Assembly (NCBI GenBank): GCA_050633305.1
Contig: JBOEGF010000032.1
Span: 32,001 to 96,000, forward strand
Length of the DNA: 64,000 nucleotides
Direction of reading: 5' to 3'
From: Nannocystales bacterium
GTDB lineage: Bacteria > Myxococcota_A > Polyangia > Nannocystales > Nannocystaceae
Shown here one piece after another: positions 1-13,822 of this stretch. The notes beneath the pieces were generated by a model. The model ran no database searches, was not told the DNA's origin, and worked only from the letters and a program-made list of their open reading frames with translations. Each line of letters begins with the position of its first letter. Position 1 is the first letter of the stretch. Position numbers and translations under genes: made by a program.

Positions 1-53
1 TGCTCTTGCGTCCACGCGGCCCATTGAGCCGCCTCGGTGGTCCAACGGCTCAC
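1..53 (-). CDS. Possible 5' end of a gene running off the window edge
   Basis: GTG overlaps the psd stop (GTGA) and the frame stays open to position 1 (MSRWTTEAAQWAAWTQE); too short to identify. Confidence 0.3.
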   Translation of the reverse strand, partial: MSRWTTEAAQWAAWTQE

Positions 54-931
54 GGCTTGGCCCCCTCGAACAGTGCTTCGCCGAGCTTGACCTTGCGCGG
101 CAGTACAGTCCCGCCCTCGGCTGGGCCGACGGGTTTCTCCGTCAGCATGATGACCGTGGATCCGAGATGAAACACGCCCAGTTCCGCGCCTTTACCCACC
201 CGCGAGGGGGGCTCGAGTCGAGCCACCTGGAGTTCCCGAGGATGAGGATCGAAGCGGTGGTACGGACAAGACATGTTTCCAACCCCGAACGCGGCGACCA
301 TGACGACAGCCACCCAGCCGTGCCCAGTCTCGAGCAGGTGGACCATCCGCTCGTTGATCGCGAAGACCCGGGGGTCGTAGTCGACGCTGGCATCGTTGAC
401 CGGCAGCAAACGGCCGGGAATGAGGCTGACGCGATGCGCCAGCGCGTCACACGGTGCGTGGACGCGGTGGTAGTCACGAGGGTGCAGGTAGATGGTACTC
501 GCCGTGCCACCGACGAATCGCTCCGCGAGTTCCTGATCGGCGAGCAGCTCGCCGATGCCGTAGCTGTGCCCTTTTGCGACGACCTCGGTCACGCGTTCGA
601 TGGGCGCCACCTCCCGAAGCTCGCCATCACAAGGCGCCACCAGGATTTCGGGGCTCCGGTCGATGGACCGTGCACCCGCACGAAGCGGGCGCGTGAAGAA
701 TGCGTTCATCGTCTCGAAGCCTTCTTCGAGCACCAAGGGGTCGACATCCCGCAGATTGACGCCGAAGAGTCGAGCGTAGGTCGACACCGCGAAGCGACCG
801 ACACCTGGGGTCATTTTCACACGTGCGGCCGCACCCACCAGCTTGCTGGCCAGAATGGACGACCAGTCCGGTGTGGCGTGCACGATGCGTGCAGCAACCC
901 GTGCCCCGAGGGGAGTGGAGCGGCTCGACAT
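50..931 (-). CDS. psd: Phosphatidylserine decarboxylase proenzyme
   Basis: FFTRPLR, APCDG, YLHPRDYHRVHAP, NER and the autocleavage motif FHLGST. Confidence 0.93.
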   Translation of the reverse strand: MSSRSTPLGARVAARIVHATPDWSSILASKLVGAAARVKMTPGVGRFAVSTYARLFGVNLRDVDPLVLEEGFETMNAFFTRPLRAGARSIDRSPEILVAPCDGELREVAPIERVTEVVAKGHSYGIGELLADQELAERFVGGTASTIYLHPRDYHRVHAPCDALAHRVSLIPGRLLPVNDASVDYDPRVFAINERMVHLLETGHGWVAVVMVAAFGVGNMSCPYHRFDPHPRELQVARLEPPSRVGKGAELGVFHLGSTVIMLTEKPVGPAEGGTVLPRKVKLGEALFEGAKP

Positions 932-1106
932 GAACGCGGCAAGCCTATCTGACCCCTACTGGCCCCGGCAACTGCGCAACCGACCGCCTACCCCCTCAAT
1001 CCGGGCCACAACGCCCCAACCGGGCACCCACCCAGACCGACACCACAGGGATCCTTCTCGAGCACCTCCCAAAACCTCCACACCCCGAGCGATCGCCAGG
1101 CCCCCT

Positions 1107-1197
1107 TCCCCCTCGGGAGCGAAGCGGCGAGCGAGACCGACGGGGGTGCGAAGGGGGCTACGCCCCGCGGCGAAGGGGACCGCGAGGTCCCCCGCAC
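1107..1197. other. GC-rich multi-hairpin element (terminator/REP-like) just downstream of glnA
   Basis: GTGCG (1146-1150) can pair with CGCAC (1193-1197), enclosing hairpins GGGGC-TAC-GCCCC and GGGGACC-GCGA-GGTCCCC. Confidence 0.45.
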
Positions 1198-1198
1198 A

Positions 1199-2632
<1,434 letters not shown>

Positions 2633-2647
2633 CGGTAGCTTCCAGAA

Positions 2648-3995
<1,348 letters not shown>

Positions 3996-3999
<4 letters not shown>

Positions 4000-4811
4000 G
4001 ACCAGCGAACCTCCCGGGCATCAAAGACCGGGCCATCAGAGCAGCAGTATTTGTAGGGTTTGGGTCCACGAACTGGAACCGCGCACCCCAAGCAGACACC
4101 GAATCCGCAGGCCATCTCCTCTTCGAGGCACAGCAGGGTGCGGACCTCGTGCGCCAGACCCATCGTGCGCACAGCCCGAAGCATCGGCGTGGGCCCGCAG
4201 GCGAGCACCTCGACAGCCTCACCGGACGCTTTCGCAGCCCGCAACCGCTCTTCGAGGGCGACGGTGACGAAGCCCTGATGGCCGCGACTGCCGTCCTCGG
4301 TGGCGTACGTTGTCTTCACGCCCCACTCGTCGAGGGCTTCAGTCAACACCAAGTCGTCGGCGTTGCGGCCTCCGTAGAACATCTCGACCGCCTCGGCTCG
4401 GCCCGCCTGGACTGCCCGGTGCGCCTGCAAGTGCAGTGGCGGCAGCCCAACGCCACCGGCGACCAGGAGCTGAGTCGCCTTCTCCGGAGCGCTGAAGCCT
4501 CGGCCGAGGGGACCTGTGATGGTCACCGCATCGCCGGGACGAAGGGCTGAGAGTGCGGCGGTTCCGCGCCCGTAGATCTTGATCAAGATCGAGAACGATC
4601 CATCGGGCTGCGCGTCGAGGACCGAGAAAGCCCTGGGGTTGAGCATCTCCCTCCCCCACTCGCCGCGGACCATGATGAACTGGCCCGGCTCGATGCCGGA
4701 GAGCGGAGCACCGCACGCTGCGTCGGCGTTAAAACGCAGCGTGAAGTACCCCCCGGACAACGCTTGGTTGTCCACCAGTTGCGCGCCGAACTGGGAGGGA
4801 GGCACCTGCAC
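3996..4811 (-). CDS. pyrK: Dihydroorotate dehydrogenase electron-transfer subunit
   Basis: RAFSV, GPLGRGF, AGGVGLPP, CGPTPM, [2Fe-2S] motif MACGFGVCLGC...CSDGPVF. Confidence 0.93.
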
Positions 4812-4878
4812 CTTCTATGTCAATGCGCCACCGGGGACAACAGCGGCCGCACGGCGATTTCTCAGGCCGACACGGACC

Positions 4879-5337
4879 TCATGCCGGGCGCGCCATCACC
4901 ACAGCGTCATCCGGGGGCGCCTTGTAGTACCCCACCCGGCGCCCGATCTCGGCGAAGCCGAGCGCTTCGTACAGCGAACGAGCGGGCCGGTTCGCGGCAC
5001 CGACCTCCAAGAGGACGCGGGTCGCGTGGGCCTCGCCGGCTCTCTCAACCACGGCGGCCAAGAGATCTCTCCCGATGCCCTTCCGCTGCTGCGCGGGGTC
5101 CACGGCGATTCGAAGTAGGTGCGCCTCGGTCTCTCCCGCAGCCACGACGTGCCACGTGCAGGAAAACCCCAAGACGCTCCCCATCGCGTCGACCGCGAGT
5201 TCGACAGTCGCCATCGGACGCTCGATCTCGTCGATGTAGGCCTTCGCGGCCCAAGGATTCCCGAACACGCGCGATTCGATGCGGAGGATGGCCTCCAGAT
5301 CGTCGCAGGTCGCGACGCGCCGGGTCACCTCCGCCAC
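4879..5337 (-). CDS. rimI: Ribosomal protein alanine N-acetyltransferase (GNAT)
   Basis: IAVDPAQQRKGIG, LEVGAAN, LYEALGF, RRVGYY, DAVVM. Confidence 0.88.
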   Translation of the reverse strand: MAEVTRRVATCDDLEAILRIESRVFGNPWAAKAYIDEIERPMATVELAVDAMGSVLGFSCTWHVVAAGETEAHLLRIAVDPAQQRKGIGRDLLAAVVERAGEAHATRVLLEVGAANRPARSLYEALGFAEIGRRVGYYKAPPDDAVVMARPA

Positions 5338-5340
5338 CTC

Positions 5341-6057
5341 TCAGGCCTTCGGTTCGGGCATCGGCTCGGTTTCGGGTTCCCTGTCCGCCTCCGCCGCGGC
5401 GGCCTCCGGCTCGGACCCGGCGAGCACCATCGAGCCGATGTCGGCCGCCAACCCATCGCGGCCGTGGATCCCGGTGGAGGAGAGCGTGGACGTCAGCAGG
5501 ACGTCCCGGGCTGAGATTCCGATCGACTCCGCCAGCTTGCGACGCGCGAGCCCCCGCTTGGATGCGCCGAGCTTGTCGGACTTGGTCGCGACCAGCAGTG
5601 TGGGCAGGCGCCGAGCGGCCAAGAACGCCATCATCCCGCGGTCGAGGTCCCCCACCCCGCGGCGGATATCGACAAGCAACACCAAGCCGCGCAGGTTTTC
5701 GCGCTTCTCAAGATACCCCTCGATCATGGGGGCAAACCCCTCTCGCACGGACTTCCCGGCGGCGGCGAACCCGTACCCGGGGAGGTCACAGAAGCGTAAC
5801 GGGAGTTTGTCGTGCCCGGGGCCGCGCAACGTCAGCGAGAAAAAGTTGAGCAGTTGGGTCCGCCCCGGAGTCCGGCTCACGCGAGCCAGACCACGCCGAT
5901 TGCACAACGCGTTGAGAAGGCTGGACTTGCCCACGTTGGAGCGTCCCGCCACCGCGATCTCGGGGAGGTCGGGGGGCGGGCACTGAAACACCTTCGAGGC
6001 GCTCTGCTCGAACGCGGACGTGAGGACGTGCCATCCATCTTCAGGTCGTTGCGCCAC
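5341..6057 (-). CDS. engB: Ribosome-biogenesis GTPase YihA/YsxC
   Basis: GRSNVGKSS, SRTPGRTQ, DLPGYG, TKSDK. Confidence 0.93.
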   Translation of the reverse strand: MAQRPEDGWHVLTSAFEQSASKVFQCPPPDLPEIAVAGRSNVGKSSLLNALCNRRGLARVSRTPGRTQLLNFFSLTLRGPGHDKLPLRFCDLPGYGFAAAGKSVREGFAPMIEGYLEKRENLRGLVLLVDIRRGVGDLDRGMMAFLAARRLPTLLVATKSDKLGASKRGLARRKLAESIGISARDVLLTSTLSSTGIHGRDGLAADIGSMVLAGSEPEAAAAEADREPETEPMPEPKA

Positions 6058-6132
6058 GGCGACGGACTATACAGGAGCACCGCGCGCGCCGTACTCTCGC
6101 TCCTACCCGTCGCGGGCGCGGGTTTGACCAAC

Positions 6133-7149
6133 ATGGACGTGTACGGACTCACGGGTGGCATCGGCAGCGGCAAGTCGAGTGTCGCGGAGTTTCTCGAAGA
6201 CTTCGGGGTTCCCGTGGTCTCCGCGGACGAACTGTCGCGCGTGGTGGTGACCGCGGGAAGCGAGGGTTTGGCGGAAGTCGTTCGCGCGTTCGGCAGCGAC
6301 GTCGTCGACGAACGGGGGGAGCTCGACCGCCGCAAGATGGCGTCGATCGTGTTCCGCGAGCCCGCACGCCGCCAACAGCTGGAAGCCATCCTCCACCCGC
6401 GGATCCGCGAGCGCTTTGAGCAAGTCTTGGACGCCCTCGAGAAGGCCGGACATCCGATCACCGTCTACGAGGTTCCGCTCCTCTTTGAGAAGAACCTTCA
6501 GTCGGACATGAAGGCCACGATCCTGGTGACCGCGACCGAAGAGACCCGGATCACACGGGTGATGGAACGGGACCAGACGACGAAAACCGAGGTCCGGGAC
6601 CGGATCGCCTCGCAGATGCCAGAGTCCCTCAAGCGCAAGCGCGCCGACTACATCATCGAGAACGATGGCTCGGTCGATGAGCTTCGTCGCGAGGTGCGAT
6701 TCCTGCTGGAGCGATTCCTCAGGCTCGACGCTCGAGGCCCTCACGTCGTGCCCGTGCAGACGCCTCAACCTCCAGAGGCCCCGTCCTCCACGGTGACGCA
6801 GGTTCCGACAACCCCAGCCGACACGCCCAGCCGGACTCCAACCCAGGTACCCGGCGAGCAGCACCAGCCCCCGTCGTCGGTGGGGACGCAGCCCCAAATC
6901 CCCCCAGCGGAGTCGACGCAGATCGCCCCTCCTCCGGCGCCACCGGGCGCGCGCGTGCCGACTCCGAGCGGGGCACCCCCGCCGCCGCCAGGCCTCCACG
7001 TGCCCGTCCCGACGCCCGTGCCGGGCACCCACGCCCCGATCACGCCGCAGCCAAGCGCGACTCCAGCCCCGCCCCCCGCGGACCCCGCCGCCCTGCCGCC
7101 CACGACGACCCAACGGGCTCCGGTCGTCAAACCCGGCAAGCCCAGCTAG
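6133..7149 (+). CDS. coaE: Dephospho-CoA kinase with long Pro/Thr-rich C-terminal tail
   Basis: ATG 6133; GLTGGIGSGKS, LEAILHP, EVPLLFE, RIASQM, ADYIIEN, then a low-complexity tail. Confidence 0.9.
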   Translation: MDVYGLTGGIGSGKSSVAEFLEDFGVPVVSADELSRVVVTAGSEGLAEVVRAFGSDVVDERGELDRRKMASIVFREPARRQQLEAILHPRIRERFEQVLDALEKAGHPITVYEVPLLFEKNLQSDMKATILVTATEETRITRVMERDQTTKTEVRDRIASQMPESLKRKRADYIIENDGSVDELRREVRFLLERFLRLDARGPHVVPVQTPQPPEAPSSTVTQVPTTPADTPSRTPTQVPGEQHQPPSSVGTQPQIPPAESTQIAPPPAPPGARVPTPSGAPPPPPGLHVPVPTPVPGTHAPITPQPSATPAPPPADPAALPPTTTQRAPVVKPGKPS

Positions 7150-7191
7150 AGCCCAGTTCGCCGGGTTCCGCCGGGTTTCGCCGCGGCCGGA

Positions 7192-8274
7192 TCAGACCCC
7201 GAGAACCCCTTCGATGGCGTCCATCATCTGCACGCGGCGCTGGGTGATCGGGCTCGTTCCATCCACCAACGCGTCGCTCTCGGCAAGCACACGCTCCAGT
7301 GGGAATCGGAAGACCGAGGGATCCGAGGTCTCCTCTCCCCCTTCAACCAGCGGCTGCCACGCGACCATCGTGTCGGTATGGCCACGCAAGACCGAGTCGA
7401 CCGCAACCATCCCCAGTCGGCCGGCCACCATCCGATCGCGGAACGACGGAGCGCCGCCGCGGACGAGATGGCCCAACACGGTCGCCCGGACATCGACATC
7501 CCGGAGGTCCGACAACCGGTCGGCGACGAGCCGGACCAGACGCGTGCAAGGCGTCTTCACCCCTTCGGCCTTCAAGATCAGCACCCGCCGCTTGCCGCGT
7601 TCGGAGAACGCCTGACGGATCGCGGACTCCACCGCGACCACGAGGTCGTCCTCGTCCCGGCCCTGTTCGCGGAACAGCACCGCCTCCGCCCCCATCGCGA
7701 CCGCGGCCGCCATCGCCAGGTAGCCGCAGTCGCGCCCCATCACCTCCACCACAAACGCGCGATGGTGAGCGCGGGCGGTGTCGCAGATTCGGTCACAGCT
7801 ACTCACAATCGTATTGAGGGCCGTGTCCACACCGATCGACAGACCGGTACATCCAACATCGTGATCGATGGACGCGGGGACACCCACGATGGGAATGCCC
7901 GATTCTCTCGCCAAGGCGTGAGCACCCCGCAGCGAGCCGTTGCCACCGACCACGACCAGACCACGCAGCGAGTTCAAGGCTGTAAGCGCGGGCGCGCGGC
8001 CTTCGGCGGTGAGGAATCGCGGCTCGCGAGCCGAACCGAGAATGGTCCCACCGACGGCCCCCAGGAGATCGATATCAGCATCGACCCCGAGCCCACGAGC
8101 ACCGGCGGCCTCGGTCAGAGGCCGCAAGCGGCCCTCGAGGAGACCGGTGTAACCATTCTCCACACCGACGACCGGCACGCCGCGAGTCACCGCCAGCTTG
8201 GTCATCACACGCAACACCGCATTCATCCCTGGGGCGTCGCCGCCGGAGGTCAGGAGCCCGATAGGCAGAGACAT
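7192..8274 (-). CDS. pfkA: 6-phosphofructokinase
   Basis: TSGGDAPGMN, GGTILGSAR, GGNGS, PASIDHD, VEVMGR, LGHLVRGG; start taken at ATG 8274. Confidence 0.92.
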   Translation of the reverse strand: MSLPIGLLTSGGDAPGMNAVLRVMTKLAVTRGVPVVGVENGYTGLLEGRLRPLTEAAGARGLGVDADIDLLGAVGGTILGSAREPRFLTAEGRAPALTALNSLRGLVVVGGNGSLRGAHALARESGIPIVGVPASIDHDVGCTGLSIGVDTALNTIVSSCDRICDTARAHHRAFVVEVMGRDCGYLAMAAAVAMGAEAVLFREQGRDEDDLVVAVESAIRQAFSERGKRRVLILKAEGVKTPCTRLVRLVADRLSDLRDVDVRATVLGHLVRGGAPSFRDRMVAGRLGMVAVDSVLRGHTDTMVAWQPLVEGGEETSDPSVFRFPLERVLAESDALVDGTSPITQRRVQMMDAIEGVLGV

Positions 8275-8409
8275 CGCGCGCAGCATAGCTGCGACCGGCC
8301 GCAAACCCACCGAGACTTGCGTAGCCAAGCGCACGATTGTGTCGCGGAGCGAACCTCCCACGAACAGCCTGGCAACCCGGACATCTGCCGCGTACCCTGA
8401 TCTCCCACG

Positions 8410-9684
8410 ATGGCGTCGGATGGTCCTCCAAAACGCCCCGGTCCCAGCTCCCGGGCACCTCGCGTCCCACCCCCTCCCAAGCTCAGCTTCATGGAGGAGC
8501 CGGTGTTCGAGCCGATCGGCGAGCCCGCCGATGCGACTCCCCCCGACGCCGAGGCACCCGCCGAGCCGTCTGTCGGCGCCGACACGCTCGAGGCCTCGGA
8601 GCAGCCCGAACCGAAGTCCGGGCCGACCCGCCGCGGGGTCCTGCCGCCACCCAAATCGGGTGGCAAACGGGTGCAACCACTCGCGGCCCGGCACCCACGC
8701 TCCCGTGACCCCCAGAGGCGACCGTCGGCCAGCGGCCTCCCCTCGGGCATGCGCGCGCCGGGGATCCCAGACAAGACCGAGTCTGCGGACACAGACATCC
8801 TGATCGCGAGCGCGGTCGCCGTTCTCACCGAGGGCGAGGACCCGGCCGACAACAGTTCAGCGTTGCTGACGACGCCCGATCCGCAACCTGCCGCCGCGAC
8901 CTCGGTGTCGACCCTTCCCGTCTCGGCACCCGCCGAAGACCCCCCGAGCGAACCCCACAAACGCGGTGGGCTGATCTGGTTCGGCGTGGCGGCAGTCGCT
9001 GCCCTCGCGGTCGGGGTGCTCGCATTCTCGGGCGGAGGCGACGTTCAACCCGAAGCCGCATCTGCCGCAGCCGTGCTCACCCAGGATGGACAGGCCGCGG
9101 CTCCGGAGCGTGTCGCGGCGGTGGTGGCAGAACCGGCGGTGGCCACCCCGGATCCGCCGCCTCCCGTCCCCGAAGCTGCGCTGGATGTTGGCGATGCCTG
9201 GGTTGAACTCGAAGACTCGGCCGACCTGGGCGGCGAGCTCGCTCTCGACCTCGGATCGCCCGAACCCGCCGACTCTGACGCACTCATCGAGGATGCCGAG
9301 GACGTGGCGGTCGTCGCGGCCGCCGAACCCCACCCGAAGAAGTCGGCGCGCAACCGAAAACGCCAGAGGAAAGCCAAGCAGGTGCCCACAAGCGCCCCTC
9401 GGCCAGCGCCCGCCGCCCCCGCGAAACAGCCCGAAGATGCGGCCGCGTTGCTTGCCAGCGCGCGCAAGGCCCTCGCCGCCGGACAAGCCCGAAAAGCATA
9501 CTCCCTCGCGTCCAAGAGCCGCAGCGCCAAGCGGAGCTCAGCCGCACTCGTCGTCATGGCCAAGGCCGCGTGCCGCTTCGGTGGCTCGGCGCAGGCCAAG
9601 TCTGCCTTCAACCAGCTCTCGGTCAGCAACCGTCGGGGCCTGCGCGCCGAGTGCCGCAACCACGGCGTCCGCCTCGGCATCTGA
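8410..9684 (+). CDS. Single-pass membrane protein with disordered Pro/acidic regions and C-terminal TPR-like domain
   Basis: TM segment GLIWFGVAAVAALAVGVLAF; C-terminal helical Ala/Lys-rich region with two Cys (AACRFG...AECRNHG). Confidence 0.65.
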   Translation: MASDGPPKRPGPSSRAPRVPPPPKLSFMEEPVFEPIGEPADATPPDAEAPAEPSVGADTLEASEQPEPKSGPTRRGVLPPPKSGGKRVQPLAARHPRSRDPQRRPSASGLPSGMRAPGIPDKTESADTDILIASAVAVLTEGEDPADNSSALLTTPDPQPAAATSVSTLPVSAPAEDPPSEPHKRGGLIWFGVAAVAALAVGVLAFSGGGDVQPEAASAAAVLTQDGQAAAPERVAAVVAEPAVATPDPPPPVPEAALDVGDAWVELEDSADLGGELALDLGSPEPADSDALIEDAEDVAVVAAAEPHPKKSARNRKRQRKAKQVPTSAPRPAPAAPAKQPEDAAALLASARKALAAGQARKAYSLASKSRSAKRSSAALVVMAKAACRFGGSAQAKSAFNQLSVSNRRGLRAECRNHGVRLGI

Positions 9685-9744
9685 TCCGAGCCGGTCGTCC
9701 GTCCTCCTCGAACGACCGGGGCACCGCGGAGACGCGGCGGCGGT

Positions 9745-10497
9745 CTAGCCGTCGATGCGGTGACGCACCGCCCACAACACCACGAGCACGGGAAGCACGA
9801 CTGTTGCGTGCCCGGCCCACAGGTGCTCCGGGTGCGTGATCGGGCAGTGGAAGTACAGCGCCACCAAGCCGATGAGACCCGCCGCCCACACCCCGAGGGC
9901 GCCTGGGAGCCAGCGCTTGGCTCCGTTGCGACTGAGGAGCCCCATCCCCACGGTGGCCACCGCAGCGAAGGCGAGCCCGAAGCCAAAGCATCCCCCGGCC
10001 CGATGGGCGAAGGCGTCTCCGGTCCCTTCCATGGACGCGGGGTGCAGCGAGTGCGCCATCGGAAGTCCGACCAGAAGCCCGACTCCGAGCAGCCCCGCGA
10101 TGACTGCCAGCAGCCGATACGAACTCGGCACCGCGCGGCGCGACAGCGGACGCAACGAGAGCAGCATCGCAACGGAAAGCGGGCCGAGCACGAGCAGCAG
10201 GTCGAGCACCAATCGCCCGCGTGGGTACACCTCCAAGTCCGGGCGACGCGTCGCGACCAAGACGACCGCGACCAGCCCCACCAGCAACGACACCCCCAAC
10301 AGCCCTCGCACTCGCGTGGACAACACCGCCGCACGATCGAGCGGACCCTCGGCGTCGAGCGCCGCGTGCAGGGCCGCCAATTCCGGACCAGGGTCGGAGG
10401 ATGCAGGAAGTCTCCCCACATCCGCACCAGGTTCGGCCGGACTCCAGGCCTCGGCGAGGTCCGCGGGGACCCCTTCGTGTTCGAACGCGTCGGTCAT
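9745..10497 (-). CDS. Membrane anti-sigma factor, NrsF/DUF1109-like
   Basis: About 6 TM helices, conserved-looking GC and HCP...H...H; start overlaps the ECF sigma stop. Confidence 0.72.
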   Translation of the reverse strand: MTDAFEHEGVPADLAEAWSPAEPGADVGRLPASSDPGPELAALHAALDAEGPLDRAAVLSTRVRGLLGVSLLVGLVAVVLVATRRPDLEVYPRGRLVLDLLLVLGPLSVAMLLSLRPLSRRAVPSSYRLLAVIAGLLGVGLLVGLPMAHSLHPASMEGTGDAFAHRAGGCFGFGLAFAAVATVGMGLLSRNGAKRWLPGALGVWAAGLIGLVALYFHCPITHPEHLWAGHATVVLPVLVVLWAVRHRIDG

Positions 10498-11078
10498 TGC
10501 GTCGTCCTTCCATAGCCCCGCCCACCAGCTTTGGTTACAGCGGGATCGACAAGACGGGTGCGAAGCTTCTCGTAGCCGCGGTGCGCCCGCACTTTAACCG
10601 CCGATTCACTTGCCCCGACCACCTGTGCAACCTCCTTGAACGGTAGCCCCTCGAACCAGTGGAGCTCGATCACCTCGCGCTGCGCGGCAGGGAGTTCCGC
10701 CAGGGCCTCCCGGAGCTCGCGGGCGACCGCCGGCCGCTCCGGGTCCCCCTCCTGGCCACGCTCTGCCGGCTCGACATCCCCAAGGCCGGTCTCCGGACGA
10801 CGCCCCTTCCGCCGGAAATACTGACGCGCGAGGTTGAGCGCGATCGTGTACAGCCACGGTCGCAGTTTCGCACCCTCGCGAAAGTCCGCGCGGGCGCGAT
10901 GGAGCTGAAGAAACGTCTGCTGAACCAGGTCCGCCACGTCGTCGCGACGCTGGATTCGCCGGCCCAACGTCTGCCGCAGCCGCGGCGCGTAGCGAGAGAA
11001 GAGAGCATCGAACGCTGTGCGGTCGCCGGCCTGATACGCCGCCATCAGCACCTCGTCGGATCGCTCTTGATCGGTCAC
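10494..11078 (-). CDS. ECF RNA polymerase sigma factor
   Basis: SDEVLM, AFDALFSRY, DLVQQTFLQLHR, WLYTIALN, LPAAQREVI, VKVRAHRG; GTG 11078 overlaps the sirtuin stop. Confidence 0.92.
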   Translation of the reverse strand: MTDQERSDEVLMAAYQAGDRTAFDALFSRYAPRLRQTLGRRIQRRDDVADLVQQTFLQLHRARADFREGAKLRPWLYTIALNLARQYFRRKGRRPETGLGDVEPAERGQEGDPERPAVARELREALAELPAAQREVIELHWFEGLPFKEVAQVVGASESAVKVRAHRGYEKLRTRLVDPAVTKAGGRGYGRTTQ

Positions 11079-11902
11079 AGCGCCAGTACCCGTGACAGCG
11101 CGTCGAACGTTGCCGCCGCGGTAGCCCGGATCCGCAAGTCGACCACCGACGACACATCGGTCGTGCCCGGGTTGATCTCGACCGTCGGCTTGCCCGCCTG
11201 CTTCGCGATCATGACCGGCGCCGCGATGTAAGGGAACGCGCTGGTGGTCCCGATCGAGACGACCGCATCGAACCCTGCCACCAACTCCCGCTCCAGTGCG
11301 GCGACCGCCGCCGTTGGCAGCATCTCGCCGAACAAGACGACCTCGGGACGGATGAGAGACCCACACTTGGGGCAGCACGGAGTCGTGGGCGCGTGAGCCG
11401 TCCCCAGCTCGGGCTCCAGGGTCCGGAAGTCGTCCACACGCGAGGTCCAAGAGCAGGCCAGGCAGTGCAGCTTCTGCAGGTTGCCGTGGATCTCGATCAT
11501 CGGGTCCGACCCCGCGCGTCGATGCAGCCCATCGACGTTCTGCGTCAGCAACCAGCCGCGTTCGCTCCGTGCTTGCAGAGCGGAGATCACATCATGGGCC
11601 CGGTTGGGTTCGGCACCCCGACACGCGCGCTCGATCTGCAGCATGTACTTCCAGCAGACCTCGGGCCGAGCGCTCAGCATCTGGCCGCTGAGCGCGGCCT
11701 CGATCGGGACGCCCTCGTCCGTCGTCTCAGCCTCGTACAGGCCACCCACGCCGCGATACGTCGGCAACCCCGAGTCCGCCGACACTCCGGCTCCGGTGAT
11801 GAACAGAACGGAATGCGCGGCGGAGAGCGTCTCCGCCAGCTGCTCGATGAGCAGGGGATCGACCGGCACCGAGGCGGCCTTCGAAGGCAGTCGCTCGCTC
11901 AC
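11075..11902 (-). CDS. cobB: NAD-dependent protein deacylase (sirtuin)
   Basis: TGAGVSADSGLPTYRG, TQNVDGLH, EIHG, two CxxC motifs, RPEVVLFGE, IGTT, EINP. Confidence 0.92.
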   Translation of the reverse strand: MSERLPSKAASVPVDPLLIEQLAETLSAAHSVLFITGAGVSADSGLPTYRGVGGLYEAETTDEGVPIEAALSGQMLSARPEVCWKYMLQIERACRGAEPNRAHDVISALQARSERGWLLTQNVDGLHRRAGSDPMIEIHGNLQKLHCLACSWTSRVDDFRTLEPELGTAHAPTTPCCPKCGSLIRPEVVLFGEMLPTAAVAALERELVAGFDAVVSIGTTSAFPYIAAPVMIAKQAGKPTVEINPGTTDVSSVVDLRIRATAAATFDALSRVLAL

Positions 11903-11923
11903 CCGCGCCTCCCCGCCCTCGCC

Positions 11924-13753
<1,830 letters not shown>

Positions 13754-13822
13754 GAGTGTTCCGGTCGGACCCGGCGGTCGAAGCGGCAAGCCGCGTTCGC
13801 GCCAGCTGTCCCGTGACAGAGG

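Noticed and set aside
10511..10540. GTAACC ECF -35-like element at the end of the ECF gene (minus strand)
   Set aside because: No convincing -10 element; lies within coding sequence
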